A DNA stretch of 59,669 bases, the filler included, from Pirum gemmata (Eukaryota): assembly GCA_002812295.1 (NCBI GenBank). It is 11 parts of 11 records of this genome, joined end to end, with 100 filler letters (N's around TTAATTAATTAA, not from the genome) between each part and the next. Parts side by side here need not be neighbours in the genome. Positions count along the whole stretch, not along the records: positions 10,295 to 15,330 come from PDIN01000717.1; positions 15,431 to 20,477 come from PDIN01000718.1; positions 20,578 to 28,577 come from PDIN01000719.1; 8 more parts are not named here. One strand, written 5' to 3'. Shown here piece after piece: positions 12,026 to 23,017 of the stretch. The notes beneath the pieces are model-generated. The model was given only the letters and a program-made list of their open reading frames with translations. It ran no database searches and was not told the origin of the DNA. Position 1 is the stretch's first letter. Every line of letters begins with the position of its first letter. The translations under genes were made by a program, and so were the position numbers.

Positions 12026-13669
12026 TAAATAATCACTATTTGTCAGTGTAGAACAAAATTCGTTCATTTATTTTTTTTTTGGTATAGTAGCTAAGTATAA
12101 TTAATATATTATTTTAATACCGGTATATAGTATTAATAGACAGTTATAAATACTATAATTAGTCTATAAATATGATATAATAATACATCACATCATAATG
12201 ATGTATAATTGACCATATTATATTATATACAATTTATATATAAATGAGCTATGCATACATGACTCAAACATGATACATATACAATTATCATAATATTACA
12301 TATAAGAATATTATATAATAATAATTATTATATTTATTTTTTAATACATCATAATATTAATGATCGATATAGTCTATTATTGAATATATAGGTCTATATG
12401 ATTATAATATCATAATAATAATATAACAGACTTTTAGCAGGCCCTATCTCAAGAACGAAAATACTATGATATGATAGCTATCAGAAAAAGCATGAGAAGT
12501 TGAGAACTTTCGATACGTCAGTAATACGGTGATACCCTATGAAAATGGCCATTTTTCAGAGTGATTTTTTCAGGGGAGATTCATATTTTTTTTTTTTTTT
12601 TAAAGATACTAAATGGATAATAAATAAATTATTTAGAAAGACTAGCTAGCTAGTAGTCTGGACTCTGGAGTAGTAGACTATCACACGATACTAGCTAGTA
12701 GCATACAGTTATCATAGCATATCAGATATTTTAATTAAAAAATAGAATACATACATTATAATTATATTGTATGTTATTAATATAAATATATTATTATTAT
12801 ATAATTATTTATATTATATAGTATTTGCAATTGATATCATACATAAGTGCATTTACATAATCTATTTATAATTAATATTAATTAATATTAAAATGCCAGC
12901 TATAGTATATATATCATATATTAATATTAATATACGTTTATGTAACTATATATAATATATATCGATATATCTATACAGTTCTATACATTATCTATATTAT
13001 ATCTATATAATTATTATAATTTTATAGCTGCAGTTATAATCCAACAATGGTGTGTATATTAATTAATATTACATTATATTATATTATATACGTAGTACAA
13101 AAGACAACAAACAATAATCTACTAGCTAGGCTATTAAATATATTTTAAAAAGCTATTAAAATTATGCAACGTAATTTTAAATTTTGAAATTTTAATTAAA
13201 ACCAAATTTTTTAACTAATTAAAATTATTTAAAACCCATCTTATTAAATTCTTTATTTCTATAAAAAGAAAATTTACAGCTTGAAAGCAGATCTTGAAAA
13301 GAAAGCCCTTGATGGGCCTTGAAAGCCTTGGATGGATTTCCAAAGGGCCACTAGCTAGTAGCTACTAGCTAGATATATATTTATATTATAAAAATAATTA
13401 TAATATGATAATAATATAATAAGATAATTACTATTATAATAATATATTAATAATATAATTATTTTATTTATAAATGGGAAGCTCTGGCGGCAGTGTTGCA
13501 GCCAAACACCTTCATTCCCTTTCTCTAGGAACTGGTGCTGTGCTGTTGAAAAAAAAAAACACCATAAATATAGACCCCGGTCTATATAATTCATTATAAT
13601 ATTATTATCAATATATTAATAAAATTTCAATCCTAAAAAAATTATTTTTTTAAAAAAGAAAAATTAACA

Positions 13670-14430
13670 GTTACTCCAGATACGCGATCGACCGACTAAC
13701 GTCCGCTGACTGAGAGTCGCTGAGAGTATTTTATACTATTTGATCATCATTTTTTTTTAAAAAAAAAAATTAATATATTTTTTTATTGTTTTTTTATTAT
13801 TAGGGTTAGGGTTAGGGTTAGGGTTAGGGTTAGGTTAGTTACTCGAGATACGCGATCGACCGACTAACGTCCGCTGACTGAGAGTCGCTGAGAGTATTAA
13901 ATAATTTTTATACTATTTGATCATCATTTTTTTAAAAAAATTAATATATTTTTTATGGTTTTTTTATTGTTATGTACAGTGTCATTGTACACTTCTACTT
14001 CTACCTAGCTAGTAGTACTGTTTTATTTATATATATAATATTAATATTATATTTATTAATTAATATAAATAATTTATTTATAAATGAATTATAATAGACT
14101 AAATTGGCCTTGGAAATGATCATAAAATTAGCTAAAATTAATGATATTTTATGATTTTAATATTATAAATTATTTAGACCTGAAAAAACAAAAGAAGGCT
14201 TTGAGGTCCTCATCTCTCACACAACTTATATATATTATATCAATATAAATTAACTATAAATTATCAATATATTAATATTCATCCTAAAAACTTTATTTTA
14301 AAAGAATTAACATGGATCCATCTTAGGACCATCTAGTCACTCGAGATACGCGATCAACCGACTAACGTCCGCTGAGAGTCGCTGAGAGTATTTGATACTA
14401 TTTGATCACTATTTTTTAAAAAATAGTTTT
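13670..14430 (+). repeat. Three copies (~13670, ~13838, ~14337) of a unit with a CpG-rich ~60-bp core
   Basis: AGATACGCGATCRACCGACTAACGTCCGCTGA(CTGA)GAGTCGCTGAGAGTATT plus a shared AT-rich tail (ATACTATTTGATCA...). Confidence 0.9.
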
Positions 14431-14790
14431 TTATGGTTTTATATTCAATATTGGCCTAGCTACCTTGCTAGCTACAACTAAGTCTTGTTATACCACTCAC
14501 ACTCCACTCACACAATTTTTTTTTAACAAAAGTTTAATGTTATTTGGAATCATAAAACACTAATAAAAGTGAAAATTTTACCATTAATTAACCTTGTTTT
14601 GCTTAAAAAATGCTAAAATTTGAGCTATTTTTTATTAAAATTGGACCATTTCCGGTTCTCGAAGGTACGCTTTCGCAAAAAATAAAAGTTCATTTTAGTT
14701 TAACATAGTAGAATGACCGATTCAGAGCGATTCTTACTTGACTTTCTACTCTAATTCTTACTTGACTTTCTACTAAAAAAAAAAATAAAG

Positions 14791-14829
<39 letters not shown>

Positions 14830-14949
14830 TTAATAACATTAATTAATGATACCTGATTATGATATAATATTATGACTACTCATGACTGATACACGTATGA
14901 TCTATATTTATAGTATTATATTATACGTATGATCCATATATTTATAATA

Positions 14950-15130
14950 GTGCTTTTCATTTATTTTGTCACTCTAAATATTTATTTAGAGGGCTATAAT
15001 ATTTAAATTGACATTTTTAAATCAATATATAGATAATAAAAAATACCAAAAAATATAAAATGGATTTATATTATATTTATTTGGTACTATTCATTGTATA
15101 TTTTATGATGACAAAACAACTAAAAAGCAC
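14950..15130. mobile_element. MITE family A (~180-210 bp, TIR GTGCTTTTCA). Other full or partial copies near 16650-16859, 17780, 20626, 20967-21138, 24805, 26722, 27945, 41590, 42113-42296, 48313-48480, 49803, 52000-52157, 54627
   Basis: Dispersed near-identical sequence in both orientations bounded by GTGCTTTTCA...(TG)AAAAGCAC. This copy is flanked by TA on both sides. Confidence 0.85.
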
Positions 15131-15588
15131 TATAATATAATATTATGATATGTATCTAGTGATTTATGTATATACTTTGGGGTAGGGTTTTGGGGGTACT
15201 ACTGGGTTTTGATCTCTAGCTAGCTCCGACTTCAACCAATTATTTTTTCTTTTTGTGGACCTCTCACTGGAGAGGTGCGGAAAATTTACTTAGTCCGCAA
15301 AACCCGCACAAATAAAAGGAAAGGTTGGAGNNNNNNNNNNNNNNNNNNNNNNNNNNNNNNNNNNNNNNNNNNNNTTAATTAATTAANNNNNNNNNNNNNN
15401 NNNNNNNNNNNNNNNNNNNNNNNNNNNNNNAACAACAAACAACAAACAACAAACAACAAAAACAAAAAACAAAAAACAAAAACAAAAACAAAAGCAAAAA
15501 CAAAACCAATATTCAAACCAACCACCAACCACCAACCACCAAACACCAACCACCAAACACCAACCATCATCAAACAACAGACAAAATC

Positions 15589-16098
15589 ATGCCATTTTTT
15601 CGATCTCGAAGCACGAAAAATAAAGAAACCTGCAACTTAAACTTTGATGATGAATGGGAACAAATTGTATTACCGGAAACCTGTACGACAAATGGAACTA
15701 TCGATTATTGTGAAATAATAATAACAAACTCCACATTTAAATCAAAACAATTCTTACAGCAAGAAGCAGAATTTCAGAGAAAAAGAGAACAATACAGTAA
15801 ATCCTGCCCAACATCATCTATAATGTCGCCATTTGCCAGTCGAAAATTTAGTAATGGAAATAGTAGTGTTAATAATAATAATAATAATAGTAATAATATT
15901 AATAATATTAATAGTTATAATTATAAGAATAATAATAATAATTATGATAATAATAGTAATGGTAATGATGATGATAACAGTAATGTTGATAATAGTGATA
16001 ATTTTAATGTTAGTTTTATAAATAATAGTGATAATAATATTTGTAATAATATTGTTTTAAATAATCATAATGACAATAACAGAAATTTCAACTTTTGA
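15589..16098 (+). CDS. Hypothetical protein with Asn-rich C-terminus, 169 aa
   Basis: ATG after an A-rich leader; first ~90 aa non-repetitive (DDEWEQIVLP...); no family recognised. Confidence 0.55.
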   Translation: MPFFRSRSTKNKETCNLNFDDEWEQIVLPETCTTNGTIDYCEIIITNSTFKSKQFLQQEAEFQRKREQYSKSCPTSSIMSPFASRKFSNGNSSVNNNNNNSNNINNINSYNYKNNNNNYDNNSNGNDDDNSNVDNSDNFNVSFINNSDNNICNNIVLNNHNDNNRNFNF

Positions 16099-16312
16099 TA
16101 TTTATTTGGCGGGTTATAACCTTTAAATTCACATTTTTGAATTGATAAATATTTATATGTATGTATTGCTTTTCATTTGTTTTGTTATCGTGCTTTTTAG
16201 TTGTTTTGTAGTCATAAAATCATGATTTTAATAACGTGATAACGTTAACATTAATTAATTTCCCAAACACATATCACGTGTTTTTCTCTTTTTCAAAAAA
16301 AAATTGCTGACA

Positions 16313-16467
16313 AGCATCGTTCATAAAGGACGTAACTTTTTCCAAAATACTTTTGGTCATGATTTTAAAGTTCATTTTAATTAATACTTAATTACTGCCT
16401 AAAATAGTTTAAGTCGTATTTTCGGGCAATGACTTTTATCAAAAAATAATAATTTATGAACGTCCCC
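16313..16467. mobile_element. PIF/Harbinger-like MITE; second decayed copy at ~49553-49783
   Basis: Right end TTTATGAACGTCCCC|TTA (reverse: TAA|GGGGACGTTCATAAA), degenerate left end CGTTCATAAAGGACGT. GGG termini with a TTA/TAA target are typical of PIF/Harbinger. The interior recurs at 49562-49678. Confidence 0.65.
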
Positions 16468-16881
16468 TTAATTAAAAAAGGAGGGCCTGGATGGGTAGTA
16501 TTTTTGTAGATAAGGGTTACTTAAATTTTTTAAAAATTCAATTAAAATAATTAATTTTAAAATAGGATAAAACAAGTGAAATTTTAATAGATAATATTAA
16601 TAAACTAATAACAAATTACCCCTTATTTTTTTTTTTCAGATCCTATATTGTGCTTTTCAGATGTGTTGTTGTCATAAAAATTATTTAATACTATGATAGT
16701 CATAAAATATACAATAAATAGTACCAAATTAATACAATATAAATCCATTGTATTTAATTTGGTATGTTTTACTATATAATTTATTTATTTAAAAGTATCA
16801 ATGTATATATTATAAACAGCCAAATAAATATTCGGAGTAACAAAATAAATGAAAAGCACAATAGTCTGAATGGGGTAGACC

Positions 16882-17098
16882 AGGAGGGATGAGATGACGT
16901 CATCTTACCAATTGGACGCTTGGACCGGCGAACTTCCAGAAATTTGCCTAAAGTTACTATAAATAGTATAAAAAACTCTTTTAAAAGTAACTACTTATAT
17001 AAGAAGCTACTAAATAAATAATTATAAATACTAAATAGGGTAAGACGAAACAGGCGAACAACATCAAAAAAGTTCGCCATAGGAGTTCTCACCCTCCT
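16882..17098. mobile_element. MITE family C (TIR AGGAGGGATGA[G/C]A / AGGGGTGAGA). Copy at 42595-42829; related subfamilies at 41874-42106, 43092-43295, 55373-55603 and fragment 20580-20615
   Basis: 16882 and 42595 copies are near-identical over ~220 bp. All are bounded by AGG...CCT inverted ends and full copies carry TGACGTCA just inside one end. Confidence 0.8.
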
Positions 17099-17341
17099 AA
17101 TGATAGACCTAACGTTAACGTTATGGAAATAATAATACCAACGGGATTTTTATTGTATAATAAATATATTATAATAATAATAATTATAATAATAATAATA
17201 ATAACAAGTGTTGTAAAAAATAAAATTAACAAATATATATATATGACTACTAACAATCAGAGCATATTGGTCATATCGAAAACTATTTAAAAAGGATTTT
17301 GGGTATCCAAAAATATTGTGAGCAGTATAAATCATTTGAAT

Positions 17342-17740
17342 TTATACCAAAACATCTATTACGAAGAGTAAACCTAGGATGATTGCAGTATTAAGGGAAG
17401 GAATAGTAATACTTGCTGCAACATTGTCCTTAGGATCGCTATAAGGCTCTGCAGATTTACGTTTTTGTTCCATTAACTTATTTTCGTTAAGAAAAACATT
17501 GACAGCCTGTGTTATAACTGCCTTTTTTAAAGGGATGTCATCCAACATATTAGAATTGTATTGTTCTTGAACTAGCATTGCAACATTAAAGTTATTATTC
17601 ATAGTATTGTTATAATCAAGGATAACCCTTTCGACTACGTCGTTCGCGATTTCAGAAAAGAAGTGGTCAGTTTGATACTGACCAGAGAAAGAAGCTGGGT
17701 CAGGTATATTCCTCATAGAATCAGTTATGATACTTTTTTT
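17342..17740 (-). CDS. Probable last exon (or remnant) of a GPI-anchored or C-terminally anchored protein
   Basis: Complex open frame ending in small residues and a hydrophobic tail (NVAASITIPSLNTAIILGLLFVIDVLV*). The ORF track's first ~25 aa run into a MITE A copy and are probably not coding. Confidence 0.55.
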   Translation of the reverse strand, partial: KKSIITDSMRNIPDPASFSGQYQTDHFFSEIANDVVERVILDYNNTMNNNFNVAMLVQEQYNSNMLDDIPLKKAVITQAVNVFLNENKLMEQKRKSAEPYSDPKDNVAASITIPSLNTAIILGLLFVIDVLV

Positions 17741-20124
17741 TAAAAAATACCCAAGGGCTTTGATTATTTTTTTCTGTGTAGTTTTTTTGCCCATCATAAA
17801 ATATACAATAAACGGTACCAAATTAATACAATATGAACCATTTAATTTAATTTGGTGTTTTTTATTATTTATTTATTTATTTAAAAATGTCTATTTAAAT
17901 ATTATAACCTTCCAAATAAATATTAAAAAAAAAATAAAAAAAAAGAGATCACCCAATGAATAACGCCCATTTCCGGTCAAGTGCTAGCTAGACTAGACTT
18001 CTCCGAATTCTACCCCTAAAACTCGACTTTCTGCCCCGAAAAGCTCGATTTCTGCCGAGCAGAATTCGAAATTAATTTTTTTCGAATTTATTAATAAATA
18101 TATAGATTCGAAATTTCAAGTTTATATTTATAGTGGTAGAATCAATTTCCTTTTTTTTTTTTTTCAAACAATTCATTTTTGATCGAGCTCTCGAAAAAGG
18201 CCAAATTCTGCCCTACCCTACCCTCGTCATAGCACTTTTGGTTGTCGAGAAAATCGGGCGGCAGAACTTATGACAGACCCTAACCCTAACCCTAACCCTC
18301 TAACCATAACCCTAACCCTCTAACCCTAACCCGGACCCTAGCCCTAACCCTAACCCTAACCCTAACCCTAACCCTAACCCTAACCCTAACCCTAACCCNN
18401 NNNNNNNNNNNNNNNNNNNNNNNNNNNNNNNNNNNNNNNNNNNNNNNNNNNNNNNNNNNNNNNNNNNNNNNNNNNNNNNNNNNNNNNNNNNNNNNNCCTA
18501 ACCCTAACCCTAACCCTAACCCTAACCCTAACCCTAACCCTAACCCTAACCCTAACATATAGTCCATTTTTACCAACATCTGAATCAGATTTTGTATATT
18601 ATCGATATACCACATCATTTTCAGCTAAAACGTGACGTAGAAAATTGAATTCACCATTTGTTCCGGTAATCACATAATTGCCTTCTTCTACACTATGTTT
18701 TTGATTGGATAAAGCAATCTTATCATTTTGAGATATTTGATATGCATATATTATATAATATATATGATATAAATATTACATAATATTAATATCATCTGAA
18801 TATTCCCTAGTGAATATTTTACTGCTTGACCATTGAACTATAGTTAACCCTAACCCTAACCCTAACCCTAACCCTAACCCTGTTAGTATGCCAATATACT
18901 AACAAGTTACGTATGATGATTGTAACAGAAATCAAATCAAAGAAAATGTATATATAATTTATTTATTAATTTTATTACAATAAACGTTAATAATTAACTC
19001 AAAGACTAACTATGAGAAAATTACGGCTTAAGTACTTTTTCTGGCATAAGAAAAAGAAAATAATAAATAATAAAAAAATAAAAAGTAATTATTAATAATA
19101 ATTAATAATATTAATATAATATATATATAGACTCTTTTTCGGCATTATATTCATTTTGAACTGAATATGGTACCTTTTTCAATTATGCCTAATATGGTAC
19201 CTCTGGTGCTATGGATTATGCCTGAAAATATAGGGTTAATTATGGCCTTTTGTGCCTGAATTTGCTCATATTCACTAAATTACGTCATTATTCAGTTTAA
19301 TTAGTAGGTCCAAATATGGGTATATTCAGTTTTTTGCAAATTTTGGTGCCATATTTAGTACTTTTACTACTAATATTCACTTTTTTTCTTTCATATTCAC
19401 CTGCTTTTGGTGATTTCATTGCCTAATTTGGTCATTTCATAAATTACTATAAATGTGATAATATTCAGAAGTTTTTCCTCGGTTTTTTCTAATTTTTGGT
19501 GCCTTATTTGGTTCTTTTGCTACTAATGTTCACTTTTTTTAAATCATATTTACCTTATTTTGGATATTTTTCTTCTAAATTTGGGCTTTTATTATATTTT
19601 GATATTTATTGTATTTATTATAAACAAAAACTACCCATTTTAAAAAGGGTATAATAATACAATTTTGGCCATGAATTTACTTTGGTAATACTTTTTTCCA
19701 GGGTTCGGACCTTGACTCGGAACTGGTTAGGTATTCGTTCGATCAATGGTTCGGTCTAGGTTCAGTCTATAAATTAGGAAATATATGTTCGGTTTATTAT
19801 TTCGAGTTTGGCGAGTTTGGTCGGATTTGGTCGGATTTTACGTTGGTACCACTTATTATGCTTATTATGCTTTTTCCACGGTTGTCATCCCTTGTTTCCT
19901 TTTTTACTCATATTCACTTTTTTTCTCTTATATTCACTCTTATATTCACTTTTTTTAGTAATAAACACTCTATAAGCTCGGTCATGGTTTGTTTAGGGTT
20001 TCTAAGGCTAGCTACCTCTCTATATAATTAGCTTACATGGTCTATTATTTGTTACTTTTATTGCTCATATTCACTTGTAGTTGGCACTTTTCACTTGCTA
20101 GATTTAGCTAGTAGCTGCCTAGCC

Positions 20125-20477
20125 ATATAATAAAAACTAGAAGCTGGCTACCGTACTTATAATAAAAACTAGTAGCTGGCTAGCCATATAAACATATAAA
20201 TTAACTACCTACATATAATAAAAACTAGTAGCTGGCTAGCCATATAAATTAACTACCTACATATAATAAAAACTAGTAGCTGGCTACCGTACATATAAAA
20301 ACTAGTAGCTGGCTACCGTACATATAAAAACTAGTAGCTGGCTACCGTACATATAAAAACTAGTAGCTGGCTACCTATATAATAAAAACTAGTAGCTGTC
20401 TACCTATATAATAAAAACTAGTAGCTGTCTACCTATATAATAAAAACTAGTAGCCAGTCAACCTATATAATAAAAAC
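20125..20477 (+). repeat. Minisatellite, ~27-bp unit TATAATAAAAACTAGTAGCTGGCTACC
   Basis: About 11 tandem units running into the gap. Confidence 0.9.
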
Positions 20478-20732
20478 NNNNNNNNNNNNNNNNNNNNNNN
20501 NNNNNNNNNNNNNNNNNNNNNTTAATTAATTAANNNNNNNNNNNNNNNNNNNNNNNNNNNNNNNNNNNNNNNNNNNNTCTGTTCGAAAAAAGTTCCAGTA
20601 GATATCTCACCCCTACTACTATATCGTGCTTTTCATTTATTTTATCACTCTAAACATTTATTTGGAGGCTCAGTTTGGAGGGTTATTTAATTTAAATTAT
20701 TATTAATACTTTTTTAAATACGTAATTATAAA

Positions 20733-20903
20733 ATATATGTTCGATTTTTTTACTTTATTTTTTATATGTTCGATTTTTTTACTATATTTTTTTATATGTT
20801 CGAATTTTTACTATAATTTTTATATGTTCGATTTTTTTACTATATTTTTTATATGTTCGATTTTTTTTACTATATTTTTATATGTTCGATTTTTTTTTAC
20901 TAT
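20733..20903 (+). repeat. Minisatellite, ~29-30-bp unit TATATGTTCGATTTTTTTACTATATTTTT
   Basis: Six tandem units. Confidence 0.9.
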
Positions 20904-21537
20904 CATATATTTTTTATATCTAGATATTGATTTTGATATTACACAGAATCTAACAGTAGTTCTATTGTGCTTTTCATTTATTTCATATTTTTTTGGTAGG
21001 TTATAACCTTTAAATTGATACTTTTTAAATGAATAAATAGATAATAAAATATAGAAAATTAAATTAAATGGATTTATATTGTATTAATTTGGTACCTTTT
21101 ATTGTATGTTTTATTATGACAAAACGACTGAAATGTACTATATATTATAACAGTTATGATTATAAAGTTTATACGCTATAATAAAATATAGAAACAGTTC
21201 AACAATTACGTATACATATATCACTCAGTATAAGAAATATATTATTAATATACAAATAATTGTAAGTATTATTATATAATATTAATATAGAATTTGATAT
21301 TATTAATTAATTAATTAAAACCTATTTATTAATATAATGTTGTATAATTATATGCACGAGAAAGTCCTGAGAACACCAGTACTGCTGCTGTGGTTATTGT
21401 AGTTAATGACATATTATTATACATAATAATATTTATAATTATCGATCCTTTACTATTATTATTATTATTATTNNNNNNNTAATAATAATATATAATAATA
21501 ATAATAATAATAATATTAACAATAATAATAATAATAG

Positions 21538-22198
21538 TGACGAAAAGATTGAAGAAGGACAGTGGCATGTATCTGGTGGTTTTGTCACCATCGATCCACC
21601 CATATATAAAGATCAAAAAGTGTATAACCTAATTCCAACCTGGTTTAAAGAAGGAGACCATTTTTACAAAACAACACCACAAGATAGTTGTCGCTTATTT
21701 TACATACAACCTAGCCATAACATGTTATTATGGAATAGTGATCAAGACGAAAAGGAACTTAAATCAGTTCCATTATCCGATTACCAACAATTTAATGGTG
21801 ATGATAATAGTATGCGTTTTGTGCAGTTTGAAGTATGCCATAATAACGATGATTTGTTTAACTTCAACGGTTTAGCAGGGTATACGACAATGAGCACTGC
21901 AGAAGGATTTAAGTATTATTTCTTTATGACGTTTGGAAATAGTAATTATCCTAGTTCTGTAATTAAAAAGATAGAGAGGCAAAAAGCAAAAGATTATGAT
22001 TATAAGTACAAGGTTCATTGGGCTGAAAATGCAACTTTTGAGCCTGGACCTTATGAGAATTTAGTTGATATTCATGATGAACGAGAAGGTAAAGATATGG
22101 AAATGGGTACCGGTTTGAATCGTAGTGGTACAGGTTATACTACTACTACTACTTTGGGGTTGATAGCAATGTTATTGCTCTTTATGACAGTGTTTTAA
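21538..22198 (+). CDS. Last exon of a probable secreted/GPI-anchored protein of unknown family
   Basis: Open from about 21538 (DEKIEEGQWHVSGGFVTIDPP...) to a hydrophobic tail (GTGYTTTTTLGLIAMLLLFMTVF*). Confidence 0.7.
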
Positions 22199-22332
22199 AT
22201 TTTATTATTATAATAAAGTACGAATTAATAATATACTTTTGTGTTTGTAAATTAATTAAATTATTGATCATAATTATAACAATATATATAATAATAACAA
22301 TAGTATTTTCACAATTAATATTGTATTAATTG

Positions 22333-22835
22333 TCACAATCGATGGTGGAAAAGCAAAACATTAATTATTAATATTATTATAAGTATAACGTGCATTGGAC
22401 TGAAAATGCCACGTTTCAACCTGGCCTTTATGCGGATTTAGTAGTTATTCATGATGACCGAGAAGGTAAAGATAAATCGTAGTGGCACAAGTTATAATAC
22501 TAGAATTAGTACTAATACTACTTTGAGGTTGATAGCAATGTTATTGCTGTTTATGACGGTATTTTAAATTTAATTGATTAAAAGTGTTTGTGATCATATG
22601 ATTTAATTGATTTATTGATTAATGATAATACGCATAATTATGCATAATTATTGATATTATTAGTAGTTTCATAATTAATATTATATTTTTATTGTCACAA
22701 TCGATGGTGAAAAAGAAAAATATTAATTATGATTTTATATATTATATTATAAGTAACAGGTGCATTGGGCTGAAAATACCACTTTTCAACCTGTGGACCT
22801 TGTGAGGATTTAGTGGTTATTCATAATGAACGAGA
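22333..22835 (+). pseudogene. Two decayed tandem duplicates (22333-22567, 22693-22835) of the 3' end of the preceding gene
   Basis: The segment coding YKYKVHWAENATFEPGPY...IHDEREG recurs twice with indels; the first copy keeps LIAMLLLFMTVF*. Confidence 0.8.
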
Positions 22836-22890
22836 CGGGGTGAGAAGGGAAAGATTCATTTTTTTATATCATAATTAAAAACTGATATTC

Positions 22891-23017
22891 TGACGTCATA
22901 AACATTAAGTGACGTCATAAAGTTTAAGTGACGTCATAAAAAGTAAGTGACGTCATAAAAAGTAAGTAACGTCATAAAAAGTAAGTGACGTCATAAAAAG
23001 TAATGGCGTCATAAAAG
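22891..23017 (+). repeat. 19-bp tandem array TGACGTCATAAAAAGTAAG x7
   Basis: Units start at 22891, 22910, 22929, 22948, 22967, 22986 and 23004. Confidence 0.95.

Noticed and set aside
13270..13560. GC-richer patches as exons
   Set aside because: Short, stop-interrupted, and no consistent frame or recognisable motif.
18278..18555. True chromosome end
   Set aside because: Non-repeat sequence continues on both sides, and similar tracts are scattered internally in both orientations.
20125..23017. Short tandem arrays (20125, 20733, 22891) as CRISPR arrays
   Set aside because: Units abut without unique spacers, there are no cas genes and the context is eukaryotic.
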